Assembly (NCBI GenBank): GCA_963845755.1
Contig: CAWJTV010000009.1
Span: 312,409-376,408 of the forward strand
Direction of reading: 5' to 3'
DNA: 64,000 nt
DNA from: an uncultured Planctomycetota bacterium
Lineage (GTDB): Bacteria; Planctomycetota; Planctomycetia; Isosphaerales; Isosphaeraceae
Part shown: piece by piece, positions 41,771-53,057 of the stretch
Position numbering within the stretch: position 1 is the stretch's first letter
Layout of the letters: each line of letters begins with the position of its first letter
The notes under the pieces: model-generated
Database searches by the model: none
What the model saw: only the letters and a program-made list of their open reading frames with translations
Told to the model about the DNA's origin: nothing
Made by a program: the position numbers and the translations under genes

Positions 41771-42367
41771 CTACCTCGGGCGCAGATCGTCCAGTTGCTC
41801 CGCCAGGAGCAGCAGAGCCCGATTCAACCGCCTTTGCACGGTCTTGGTCGAGACGCCCAGGACTCCGGAGGCCTCGTTATGGGACAATCCCTGAATCCGG
41901 ACCAGGCTGAAGATCTCCCGCTCCTCTTCCGGCAGGTTCTCGATGGCCTGTAAGATGCGGCGGCCGTCCGAGCTCAGCTCGGAGACGCTGCTCTCTGGCG
42001 CCGGCACCACGCTCCCGTGCAGCTCGACCGCGGAAGGCTGTTCGTCCAGGCGGCGGGCCAGGTCATTGAGCTCCCAGCGCATGTGCTGGTTGGCCAGCGC
42101 GAAGAATTCGCGCACGCTCCGCGGACGGGCCTCACGCATGGCTTTGAGTAACCGCTCCACCACGGCGCCGAGCAGATCGTCAGGCTCCAGGTTGAGTGGG
42201 GGCTGCATCAAACGTGGGTAGCCCCGGTACAGAAGGTTCGCAGAGACCAGTCGCAGTCGACGCACCGATTGGTCCACGAGCGCCCGGATGATGGGCTCGG
42301 CCGGCGCATCACCGGCCAACGCGTCGAGATAGCGCTGGAGGACGGCGGTGGTCGGTTCTGCACCCAT
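41771..42367 (-). CDS. ECF sigma-70 factor (intact)
   Basis: 198-aa ORF with region 2 ('LEPDDLLGAVVERLLKA..FFALANQHMRWELNDLARR') and a region-4 HTH. Confidence 0.9.
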   Translation of the reverse strand: MGAEPTTAVLQRYLDALAGDAPAEPIIRALVDQSVRRLRLVSANLLYRGYPRLMQPPLNLEPDDLLGAVVERLLKAMREARPRSVREFFALANQHMRWELNDLARRLDEQPSAVELHGSVVPAPESSVSELSSDGRRILQAIENLPEEEREIFSLVRIQGLSHNEASGVLGVSTKTVQRRLNRALLLLAEQLDDLRPR

Positions 42368-42493
42368 GAAACGCTACTCGTCGCTACTATGAGGTGAATG
42401 TCCACCCGCCACGCTTGAGTATTGGTAGTGGTGCGCGTGCTGAGTATACCGCCTCCAGTGTCCGCCGGCCACACCCGGACGGAGATTCCAACG

Positions 42494-45400
42494 ATGGCTG
42501 GCGATCGCGACCTGCGGCACCTGCTCGAGGTCATCCTCGACACGGGAAAGAGCCCGGAGGAGGTGTGCCAGGGCGACGCCGAGTTGCTGGCCGAGGTCCG
42601 GGCTCGCCTGCAATACGTGCGCCTGCTCGAGGCCAAGCTCGACGTCCTGCTTCCCTCGTCCTCCGGCCCTGAGGCCGGCACGGCGCCACCCAGGCCGTGG
42701 ACCGCCCAACCGCCGCATCTCAGCGGGTACGAAGTGCAGGACGAGCTGGGCCGGGGCGGCATGGGTGTTGTGTACCGGGCGTGGGATCAGCGCCTCCACC
42801 GGCCGGTCGCCATCAAGATGCTGCTGGCCGGCGACTTTGCCCGACCGGACGAACGGGAACGTTTCCGGCGCGAGGCCGAGGCCGCCGCGGGCCTTCGTCA
42901 CGCCAACATCGTGCAGGTCTACCACGTCGGCGACCACGACGGGCGGCCGTACTTCGCCATGGAGTTCGTCGAAGGGGGGAGCCTCGCCGAGAAGCTCGCC
43001 GGCGCCCCCCTCGCCGCCGGCCGGGCCTCGGCGCTCATCGCCACGCTGGCTGAGGCCGTCCAGGCGGCCCACGACCGCGGGATCGTCCACCGCGACCTGA
43101 AGCCGTGCAACGTCCTCTTGACCGCTGACGGTACCCCCAAGATCGCCGACTTCGGGCTGGCCCGGCGGGTGGACGATGGGACGGGGCTCACCCAGAGCGG
43201 CACCCCGCTAGGCACGCCGAGCTACATGGCCCCCGAGCAGGCCCGGGGCCAGACGCACTCGATCGGGCCGGCCGCGGACGTCTACGCGCTGGGGGCAATC
43301 CTGTATGAGCTGCTGACCGGCCGGCCTCCCTTTCACGCGGACACATCGGCGGAGACGCTGCGGCAAGTCGTCGAACAGGAGCCGCCGCCGCCCTCGCGGT
43401 CGAACGCGAAGGTGCCACGCGACCTGGAGGTCATCTGCCTGAAGTGCCTGCGCAAGGAGCCGCACCGGCGCTATCCCAGCGCCGCCGCGCTGGCGGAGGA
43501 TCTCCGCCGCTTCGAGCGGGGCGAGGCGATCACGGCCCGCCCGACGGGCCGGCTGGAGCGGTCGGCCCGGTGGCTGCGGCGCCGGAGGGTCCAGGTAGCG
43601 GCCCTCGCGGTCGGGATGCTGCTGGGGGTCGGGCTGGTCGCCGCCGGCCTCGGGCTGAGGTCGGAACACGAGGCGGGCGTCCGCCGCGAGCGGGACCGGG
43701 CCCGCCGTGAGCAGGCCCTGGTGGCCCGGGTGGACGCCATCCACCTGGATCGCGCCACCCTCGTCGAGGGGCGGTTCAACCCCGCGGCCGAGCGGCGCTT
43801 CAACGATGCGAGGGCGGACCGGGACTACGAGTCGGCGTTCCGCGAGGCGGGGTTCGGGGCGATCGGCGAGGACCCGGCGGGTGTGGCGGCGCGGGTCGCG
43901 ACCTCGGCCGCGCGCGAGCCGTTGGTGGCCGCGCTGGGCGACTGGGCGGTCTGCGCCGCCGATGAGCGCCGCCGGGCGTGGGTCCTGGGGGTGGCGCGGA
44001 GAGCCGACCCGGACGCCTGGCGCGACCGAGCCCGAGATCCCGCGGCGTGGTCGGACCGCACCGCCCTGGCCGCGATGGCCGGGCCCGCGCCGGTGGCGGT
44101 GCAGCTCGTGCCCTTCCTGGTCGCGCTGGCGGAGCGGTTACACGACCTCGGCGGGAACGGGACCGCCTTCCTGGCGCGGGTACACAAGGAGCACCCGGAC
44201 GACTTCTGGGCCGCCTTGACCCTGGCCCGGGCGTTGCAGGAGGGCGCGGACCCCGAGGCTGCGGTCGCCCCCTACCGGGAGGCGCTGAAACTCCGGGGGG
44301 ACTCGGCCGCCGTCTACAACAACCTCGGTCTCGTCCCGTACGGAATGCGCCGCTGGGACGAGGCCATCGACGACTTCCGCAAGGCCCTGGAGATCGACCC
44401 CGACTTCGCCCCGGCCCACAACAACCTCGGCCTGGCCTTGAAGGGCGAGGGCACGTGGCCTGAAGCGATTCACCACTTTCGCGAGGCCGTCCGACTCGAC
44501 ACCGATCTGGCCCCTGCCCACTACAACCTCGGCGAAATCCGGGCCTATCAGGGCGGTCTGGACGAGGCGATCACCCACTATCGGCAGGCCCTCCGGATCG
44601 ATCCCGAGTACGCTCTGGCCGAGTACATGCTCGGCGTCGCTCTGGCCGGCAAGGGCCTACTGGACGAAGCCAACGACCGCGATCGGCGGGCCCTCCGGGA
44701 CAACCCCGCGAGTGCCAAGGCCAATGTGAAGACCCGAGGTATTGCGGTGGCCGAGGGGATCATCCACTACAAGCGAACCCTCGGGATCGACCCGAAGCTC
44801 CCGCTCTCTCTCGACGGCCTCGGCGTCACCCCGCGAGACGCGGACCGGCTGAACGAGGCGATCGGTCACTACGAGAAGGCTCTTCGGATTGAACCGGGGT
44901 TATTCCTGGCTCATGCGGCGCTGGGCCAGGCGCTGCTGGCCCTGGGGCGATTCCGCGAGGCCGAGGCCGCGACCCGCCGCTGTCTCAACCGGCTCCCCCC
45001 GGGTCATGAGCTGCGATCCAACGTCCTCGCCCAGCTCCGGCGCTGCGAGCGGCTGATCACCTTGCAGGCCCGGCTCCCCGCAGTCCTCCAGGGGAAGGAC
45101 AAGCCCGTCGATGCGGCCGAGACGCTCGAGTTCGCCGAGCTCTGCGGCCTCCTGGGGCAACCGGTCGCCGCCGCGCGCCTGTACGCCCAGGCCCTCGGTG
45201 CGTCACCGCCACAGGCCCTGGACCTCCGCTCCGACCACCGCTACCGGGCCGCCTGCGCCGCCGCGCTGGCCGGATGCGGCCGCGACGGGGACGGGGCTGG
45301 GCTCAACCAGGCGGAGCGGGCGCGGTGGCGCCAGCGGGCCCGCGAGTGGCTCCGGGCCGAGGTCACCCTCTGGACCAGGGTGCTGGACGGTGGCCCGCCT

Positions 45401-45574
45401 GCGGATCGCGTCCTGGTTGCCCAGAAGTTGGCGCATCTGTGGGCCGATCCCGACCTGGACGGGCTCCTGGACGAGGGAGCGCGGGATCGGTTGCCGCTGG
45501 CCGAGCGCCAGGAATGCCGCGCACTGTGGGGCGAGATCGATGTCCTCATCCGGCGCGCTCAAACCATCAATTGA
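42494..45574 (+). CDS. Ser/Thr protein kinase with a transmembrane helix and TPR repeats
   Basis: Intact Hanks motifs; TPRs such as 'AHNNLGLAL'; C-terminal 'HRYRAACAAALAG' module; GGAG RBS-like sequence upstream. Confidence 0.92.
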   Translation: MAGDRDLRHLLEVILDTGKSPEEVCQGDAELLAEVRARLQYVRLLEAKLDVLLPSSSGPEAGTAPPRPWTAQPPHLSGYEVQDELGRGGMGVVYRAWDQRLHRPVAIKMLLAGDFARPDERERFRREAEAAAGLRHANIVQVYHVGDHDGRPYFAMEFVEGGSLAEKLAGAPLAAGRASALIATLAEAVQAAHDRGIVHRDLKPCNVLLTADGTPKIADFGLARRVDDGTGLTQSGTPLGTPSYMAPEQARGQTHSIGPAADVYALGAILYELLTGRPPFHADTSAETLRQVVEQEPPPPSRSNAKVPRDLEVICLKCLRKEPHRRYPSAAALAEDLRRFERGEAITARPTGRLERSARWLRRRRVQVAALAVGMLLGVGLVAAGLGLRSEHEAGVRRERDRARREQALVARVDAIHLDRATLVEGRFNPAAERRFNDARADRDYESAFREAGFGAIGEDPAGVAARVATSAAREPLVAALGDWAVCAADERRRAWVLGVARRADPDAWRDRARDPAAWSDRTALAAMAGPAPVAVQLVPFLVALAERLHDLGGNGTAFLARVHKEHPDDFWAALTLARALQEGADPEAAVAPYREALKLRGDSAAVYNNLGLVPYGMRRWDEAIDDFRKALEIDPDFAPAHNNLGLALKGEGTWPEAIHHFREAVRLDTDLAPAHYNLGEIRAYQGGLDEAITHYRQALRIDPEYALAEYMLGVALAGKGLLDEANDRDRRALRDNPASAKANVKTRGIAVAEGIIHYKRTLGIDPKLPLSLDGLGVTPRDADRLNEAIGHYEKALRIEPGLFLAHAALGQALLALGRFREAEAATRRCLNRLPPGHELRSNVLAQLRRCERLITLQARLPAVLQGKDKPVDAAETLEFAELCGLLGQPVAAARLYAQALGASPPQALDLRSDHRYRAACAAALAGCGRDGDGAGLNQAERARWRQRAREWLRAEVTLWTRVLDGGPPADRVLVAQKLAHLWADPDLDGLLDEGARDRLPLAERQECRALWGEIDVLIRRAQTIN

Positions 45575-46002
45575 TCGTCGGGCGTCCCGGAAGGCGACAG
45601 CTCCCTCGGAGGGCCACGGCGGGCGCGATGTGGCCGGTCGTGATGCCGCTCGTCGCTAAGCGACTCCGCAGAAATCATTGGACATCGGCCTCACGATCTT
45701 TCGGAAGACCGGACACCCTGCGCCAATCGCCAACGGAAGGGGACGGAAGTCGGATTCTCTAGCCCGGGTCCGTCGTCGCAATTGTGCCAGGGGCGGCGTA
45801 CCGAAACGTTCACCTCGGTCGACCGTGACTCGCCTCAGGATCAGGTGTGGAACAGGTGCCGGCCGTAGGATCTCGGTTGTGAACATTTTGCGACACACTC
45901 ATATTATTACAATATATATAGTAATCAAAATATAATCATAATCTCTGAAGGAAGCCGGCCCCAACCATCGGAGTTCTGCGAAGATCGGTGGACGACGCTC
46001 GC

Positions 46003-48844
46003 CTACGTATCGTATCGGTCGCGGAGCACGCCAGGTCTCCCAACGTACAGGCCATCGATCGTCAGGCCGTCGGTCTCCCGGAGGAGCGCGGCGACCAGGA
46101 CCCGGAGCCGGGTCATCGCGTCGCGGGCCTCCTCCCAGCGGGATTTCTCCGCGCACTCCTCCAACTCGCCCGCCAGGCACCCGGCCATTTTCGAGAAAGC
46201 TGAGAAGAGTCCATTCATCCGATGGGCGACCTCTTGCAAAGCCTTCGCGTCCCTACCCCGCACCGCGGCTTCGGCCATCTCGATGTGCTCCGGGGCCCGT
46301 GCGGCGAGTGAGCGGCACATGCTGCCGAGCATCGCGTCGTCGTCGCCGCAGGCGGCGAGGAGTACGGACGGGCTGAGAGGCGTGGAGGGCCCCGCCGCCT
46401 CCTCGTCAGGGTCTTGTCGCGCGACCGCGCGGTCAACCGCGGCCCACAACTCGGCCGACCGGAGTGGTTTGGTCAAGTAGTCGTCCATCCCGGCCGCCAG
46501 GCAGAGCTCGCGGTCGCCCGGCCTCGCCCGGGCAGTGAGCGCGATGAGGGGCAGGCGGCCCGGCCGGCCCAGCCGTCGCTCGTCCGCCCTCAGCCTGCGG
46601 GCGACCTCGAACCCGTCGAGTCCGGGCAGGTGGACGTCGAGGAACACGAGGTCGAATGCCTCGCGTCCGAGCAGCGAGATCGCCTCGTGGCCGTCCCTGG
46701 CGATCGAGACCGTGTGCCGCCGGCTCGTCAGCAGATGGCCGAGGACGTCCTGATTGAACTCGTTGTCTTCGACGACGAGGATACCGCAACGGCCGCCCCC
46801 CGCCGGTCGCGGCGCCGGGTGCCGGCGCTGGCTCGACGACGGCTGGCTGCTCCTCCTCGAGGCCGTCCATCGCCCGGCTGATGGCGTCTCGGAGCTCATC
46901 CTCCATGACCGGCTTGAGCAGGCGGGTCGCGATGCCGTGCCGTTGCGCACGCGCCGGGTCGTAGGGGTCGCCCGACCCGAGGACCAGGACCCTCCCGCGG
47001 GGCGAGGCCGGGTGGGTCGCGATCTCCTCCACCGCATCGAGACCGCCCTGGCTCCCCATCCGGCCGTCCACGATCACGACTTCAAACGGCCGTTCGCCCT
47101 CGGCGCCGCGACCCAGGTATTCGACGGCCCTGGCTGCGTCGGGTACTGCGGTCGGGTTCATACCCCAGCCGCGGAGCCATCGTTCCAGGATACCCCGGGT
47201 CGTCACGTTCTTCTCGACGATCAGCGCCGGCAGCGCCCTGAGCGACGCGGGGCCGGTCTCCGTCCCGGGGCCTGTCCGGGTCGGCTCGATCGCGAACCGA
47301 GCGGCGAAATGGAAGGTGCTACCCCGCCCGGGCTCGCTCTCGACCAGGATCCGCCCACCCATGAGCCCCACGATCCGGGCCGCGATGGTCAGGCCGAGCC
47401 CCGTCCCGCCGAAGCTGCGGGTGGTGGAGGCGTCCCCCTGCTCGAACGCCTCGAAGATCTTCTCTCGCTGCTCCAGGGCGATGCCGATGCCGGTGTCGCG
47501 GACGGTGAACGACAGGCATACTTCGCCGTCGGCCTCCGCCCCTGCGATTCCGGCGGGGTCCGCGAGGGCGACCTCGACCGCGACCTCGCCCGCTGCGGTG
47601 AACTTGATCGCGTTGCCGACCAGGTTGATGAGCACCTGGCGGAGCCGGCCCACATCGCCGACCAGGGCGTCGGGCACGTCACCGCGGAGGTCGCAAGCCA
47701 CTTCGAGGCCCTTCCTGTATGCCCGCTGCGCCAGGGCCTTCAGGGTTTCCCCGAGCATCTGGCGGAGCGAGAAGGGTGCGGGCGTCAACTCCATCCGTCC
47801 GGCCTCGGCCCTGGACAGGTCGAGGAGGTCCTCGATGATGGCCAGGAGGGAGTCTGCCGCCGACTTCAGCGTCACGAGGTAGCGCCGCTGATAGGGCGGA
47901 AGCGGGGTCTCGAGCACCAGCTCGGTCATGCCGAGGATGGCGTTCATCGGCGTCCGGATCTCGTGGCTCACGTTCGCGAGGAACTCGCTCTTGGCGCGGT
48001 TGGCCGCCTCGGCCGAGCTCCTCGCCTCTGCGAGCTCCTTCTCGTGGCGCTTTCGCTCGGTGATGTCCAGGTTCATCCCTTCGAGGCACTCAACGCCGCC
48101 GTCGGGGCCGAAGACGCCCTTCAGGCGGCACCAGATCCAGCGGACCGATCCGTCGCGGTGGCGGATGCGGTGCTCGCCCTCGTAAACGCGGCGCTCGCCC
48201 AGGGCAGCCCGGATCTCGCTCCGCGTCCGCTCGAGGTCGTCGGGCAGCACGATGTCGCTGTAGTGGACGCGGCCCGACAGGAAATCGTCGTGCGAGTAGC
48301 CCGTGAGGGCGAGTATCCCCTCCGTGACGTAGATCACAGTCCAGCTCGAGTCGTCGAGGCAGCGGTACATGATGGCCGGGAGGAAGCTGCCGATCTCGCG
48401 ACGAAGCCGCTCCCGCTCACGAGCGCCCTCCTCCTCCCTCCTGGCGCGGTTGACGTTCTGGGCCGCGAGGACGAGCCTCGTGGGTCGCCCCTCCTCGTCC
48501 CGGTCGGAGACCTCACCCCGGCAGCGAACCCAGACCCACTCGCCGTCGTGCCGCCGCACCCGGTACTCCGCGTCGTAAGCGGATGTAGTGCCTCGCAGGC
48601 ATTCCCGGAAAGACCGGTCGTGCTCGGCCAGGTCGTCGGGATGGATCGACGCCTCGCGGGCCGCGAGGCTCGCGCCGGACGTGCCCTTCGGATTCCCGAT
48701 CAGGCCGTCCCACCCCTCCTTCCCGGAGACTTCGCCCGTCGTCAAGTTGACCACGGCGAAGTGCAATCCGGCCACCTTCATGGCCAGTTCGAGCTGCCTC
48801 TCCGTGCCCCGCCCCGGCCTTGTTCGATCGGCGCCTTCCCGCAT
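46003..48844 (-). CDS. Hybrid sensor histidine kinase (PAS-PAS-HisKA-HATPase-REC-REC-Hpt), frameshift near 46790
   Basis: PAC motifs, H-box '[11 protein letters not shown]', N-box '[10 protein letters not shown]', 'DTGIGI', 'GGTGLGL', REC '[11 protein letters not shown]', Hpt 'AHRMNG'. Confidence 0.88.
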
Positions 48845-48972
48845 ACAGTGACTCCGTGCCTTAGGACCTTCCGAAGAGCGTGCTTCGGCGTGTGCACGCA
48901 CCGCAGGGTCTTGACATTGGGGATTTCGAAAACTTGCCGATTTTGGGATGCGAATCATCGAAGACGTTCTCA

Positions 48973-49025
48973 GACCAGGATTTCGGACTTAATTGGTTCG
49001 TGGCGATTATGCGGAAAGAGCGGGC
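48973..49025 (+). repeat. ~53-bp direct repeat, left copy (also the empty site of the MITE)
   Basis: GACCAGGATTTCGGACTTAATTGGTTCGTGGCGATTATGCGGAAAGAGCGGGC recurs at 54997-55015 plus 55338-55372. Confidence 0.85.
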
Positions 49026-49041
49026 GAGGGACAGCCGCAGG

Positions 49042-52000
49042 TCATTTCTGTGGCGCGACGCGTTCCCGGTTTCCCGTGCCATTTCGGGGAGCTTCCGATT
49101 GAATCAGTGCTTCCGCCTCGCGGCGCAGGACGTGCGCTTCCAGCCAGTTGTGCAGGTGCAGCCCCAACTCCCCTTCGGCTCGGGGCGGCAGTCCGTCAGG
49201 GTATTGATCGAGCCATGCCTGGCCCTTGTTCAGCCAGCGGTGCGCCTCCTCGGCCTCCCCGAGGCGCCGTTTGGCCAAGGCCAGCCACAGCCAGTTGAGC
49301 ACCGCACGGCCTAACTTGGGGTCGGCCTTCAGGCTCTGCTCGAACAAGGGCACCGCCTGTTGGAACCGGTCGGCGCGGTACGCCAAGGCCCCTTGCTCGG
49401 TCAGTGACCAGAAATCTCGGGCGGAGGCCCGGAGTTCCTCCTCGGCCAGGCGGCCGGGCAGCGACGCGTGGGCGACGGCATCGGGAGCCAGGGTGCAGGC
49501 GCGGGCCACGTGGTAGGCCCGCGGGCCCCCGTCCTTGCCACACCGCTCAATCATGTGGGCGCAGGTTTTGACGTAGCCCGGGCGATCGCCGGACAACAAC
49601 AACAGGGCGGCGTACTCGAACCAGAAGTGGCCGTCGTCGATCGAGCCGCCCTTGATAACCCGCGCGTAGCAGGCGGCGGCCTGGGCCCAGTCCCGGCGGG
49701 CGGCGCACGCCCGACCCTGCTCTAGCGGGTCGGCCGCGAGCGACGCATCCACGTCCGCCCAGAAGCGCCGCCACTCTTCACGCTCGGTGGCGGGCAATTT
49801 CGCCAGGGGCGTCTGGTCCCGTACACCCGCCAGGTCGGCGTCCGTCCGCCAGGTCGTGAGCGAGGGGCCCGCGGACTTGCCGTCTCGTCGCAATTTGGCC
49901 CACTGGGCCAGGTCGGCCCGCAGCCAATCCAGCGCCTGCTGGCGCAGGCCGGCTCGCTCCGCCTCGCCGAGCAACGCCCCGTCGGCGCCCGGGTCGGCGG
50001 CGGCGCGGGCGGCGGAGCAGGCGGCGTTGTAGCGGTTGGCGCTGCCCAGGTCATCGGCCAGCGCGGGTTGCGCAGCGAAGGCCGCGGCGTACAGGCCGGC
50101 GGCGGCGTGCGGCCGGCCGTAGTCCCGGCACAAGCGGGCCAGCTCCAGCAGTTCGTCCAGGGCGGGCCGCTCCTTGCCCTGGAGGAGCGCCGGCAAGCGG
50201 GCGTCGAGGGCGAGCATCCGCTCACACAGTTCCAGCTTCTCCTGCAAGGCCGGGCGCCGGGGCTCCTGGGCCGGAAGCAAGTCGAGGGCGCGGCGGACGG
50301 CCGAGCGGGCCTCGGCGAAGCGGCTGCTCCGGAGCAGCGTCTCCGCCAGACTCTCATGCGCCATGCCACCTCCAGGATCGCATTCGATGGCGCGGCGGTA
50401 TTCAGCCACCGCCTCGTCGAACTGGCCTCTGTCCCGCCAGCACGTGCCGAGCTGGTAGTGGGACGCGCCCCCCTTGGGGTCGAGTTCGATGGCGCGGCGA
50501 TATTCGGCCATCGCCTCGTCGAGCTCGCCCTTGGCCTGCCAGCACATGCCGAGCGAATGGTGGGCTGAGGCCCCCTCGGGCTCAAGTTCGACGACGCGGC
50601 GGAATTCGGCCATCGCCTCGTCGAGCTGGCCCATGTCCTTCCAGCACGTGCCGAGGAGGCTGTGGGCCCATGCCCCCTTGGGGTCGAGTTCGATGGCGCG
50701 TGCGGCCATGCCAGCATATTCTGGCCCATGCCCCCTGGGGTCGAGTTCGATGCGCGGATTCGGCCATCGCCTCGTCGAGCCGGCCCATGTCCTTCCAGCA
50801 CGTGCCGAGGAGGCTGTGGGGCCATTCCGCCTTGGGGTCGAGTTCGATGGCGCGGCGGAATTCGGCCATCGCCTCGTCGAGCCGGCCCATGGCCCGCAAG
50901 CAGATGCCCATCTGGTGGTGGGCCGGGGCCCCCCTGGGGTCGAGTTCGATGGCGCGGCGGACTTCGGCCATCGCCTCGTCCACCTGATTCTGGCGAAACA
51001 GGGCCATGCCGATTTCGAACTGGACCGACGCCACCGTCGGCCGCGTTGCCAGGGCGGCCCGATAAAAGCCCACCGCCTCCGCCGGCTTCCTCTCCCGCAG
51101 CGCCTCCCCCAGCGCGTAGTTGAGCCAGAAATCCTCCGGGTGCCGAGCCTGCGCCGCCCGGAGCAGGGGCTCCGCCTGCCCGTCCTTTTGCCCCAGCTTC
51201 CTCGCCAGTAGCGTCACTAGCGGGGTCGGTGGTCCCGTCTCCGGCGCCTGACCGGCGAGCTGCTGCTGCGCCTCCGCCGCCAGGCGCTTCAGGCGGCCGC
51301 GGTCCCTCCACAGGTCCGGATCGCGGAATCGGTCGCCCCACCGCGGGTCCGGATCGACCCGACGTGCCAGCTCTAGCAGCCGTGTCATCGATCGTCGGTC
51401 GCCCACCGCGTCGGCGACGTAGGCCCAGTGGTCCAGGGCCGTCACCAACTGCGGCCGCAGCTCGGAGTCGCGGATCCGGGCCGCGACGGCCTCCTCGTTT
51501 CCCCGGACGTGCAGGCCCGCATGCTCGAAGGCTCGCGCGTAGGCCTCGGCCATGCCTGGGAAATCAAAGTTGTTGCCCTCGATCGCCGGGGTCAGCCGGA
51601 TCCGCTCCAGCGCCGCCGCCAGCCGGAGGTCCTCTCCCGCCCGGGCCAGCCGCCTCCGCAGGTCGTCCGAGCCGGCCTCGTCCAGGCGGCTCCGGCCCTG
51701 CGCGAGGACCGCCTCGGCCTCCGGCCAGCGGCCCTGTCGCCGCAGGCCCGGGATCTGCGCCAATGCCGCCTCGACCGCCTCCCGCGCACGCCCCTGCCGC
51801 TCGGCCCCTTGACGCCCCAGCCACAGCCCGCCGCCGACCGCCAGGAGGACCAGGGCCGAGAGCGCCGCGGCCAGCGCCGCCCCCGTCGGGTTGCGCCGGC
51901 ACCAGCGCCAGGAACGCTCTCCCCAGCCCACGGGCTGGGCCTGGATCGGCCGGCCCTCCCCGAACCGTCTCAGATCATCGGCCAGTGCCGCGGCGCTGAC

Positions 52001-52984
52001 GTAGCGACGTTGCGACTCCTTGGACAGGCACTTCAGGCAGATCGTCTCGAGGTCGCGCGGCACTTTTGTGTTCAATCGGGAGGGGGAGACCGGCTCGTCA
52101 TGGATCACCTGCCGCTCCGTTTCGGACGCGGTCTCTCCTCGAAACGGCGGCCTTCCGGTGAGCATTTCATAGAGCACGGCACCGAGGGCGTAGATGTCGG
52201 CGGCCGGCCCGATCGTACCCGCCTTGCCGATCATCTGCTCGGGGGCCATGTAGCTGGGAGTCCCGATCCGAGCGCCGCTCAATGTCAGCGCCGTCTCTCC
52301 CTCGAAGGGCCGCGCCAGCCCGAAATCGGCGACCTTGGGCGCGCCCTCGGCCGTGAGCAGGATGTTGGCCGGCTTCAGGTCGCGGTGCACGATCCCGGCC
52401 TGGTGCGCCACCTGCATGGCCTCGGCCAGCGTGATCAGGAGCGCGGCCGCCTGGCGGGCCGGCTGCGGCGTGCTCGCCAGGGCCTGCGCCAGGCTGCCCC
52501 CTTCGAGGAGCTCCATCGTGAAATACGGGCATCCCTCGTGGTCGCCCACATCGTAGACCTGGACAATACTGGCGTGGCGCAGGCTCGCCACCGCCTCGGC
52601 TTCGCGCTGGAACCGCGCCCGCTCGGGCGGGCCGGCGTAGGCTCCGGCGAGGAGCATCTTGAGGGCGACGAATCGGTTGAGACGCAGGTGCCGGGCCTTG
52701 TAGATGACGCCCATGCCCCCGCGGCCGAGTAACGCTTCCACGTCATAGCCCGGGATCCGCGGCAAGTCGGCGCCCCCATGCCAAGAAGCGGGGGTATCGG
52801 CGTCGGAGTCATGTCCCGACACCGGGAAGAGCGCATCGAGCTCCGCCTCGACGGCGGACATCTGCCTCCAGCGCCGGCGGACCTCCGGCAGAAGCTCAGG
52901 AGCAGCGCCGCAGACCTCCTCCGGACTGCGCCCGGAGTCGGAGATCTCGTCCAACAGTTGCTGGACTAGCGATTCGGCAGCCAA
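49042..52984 (-). CDS. Ser/Thr protein kinase with expanded TPR array, frame broken near 50700-50760
   Basis: ORFs 50582..53041 and 49042..50709. The TTG start is inferred by alignment with MAVDS of the 4286 paralog. Confidence 0.87.
50377..50990 (-). repeat. Tandem 102-bp TPR-coding repeats
   Basis: The unit anchor GTCGAGTTCGATGGCGCG or a close variant occurs at 50479, 50581, 50683, 50740, 50837 and 50939. Confidence 0.85.
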
Positions 52985-53057
52985 GTCTGGGCTCCTCGAG
53001 GCGGCTGAGTGCCGGGACTGCGACTCCCAGAGAACCCCCATCCTGCCGGCATGCCGC

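Noticed and set aside
46754..49102. 782-aa plus-strand ORF and similar long antisense ORFs (e.g. 5754..7394, 16086..17690, 2281..3936)
   Set aside because: Shadow ORFs opposite real genes, expected in high-GC DNA; no recognisable motifs.
50377..50990. CRISPR-like periodic repeats
   Set aside because: The period is 102 bp (34 codons) and encodes TPRs; there are no unique spacers and no cas genes.
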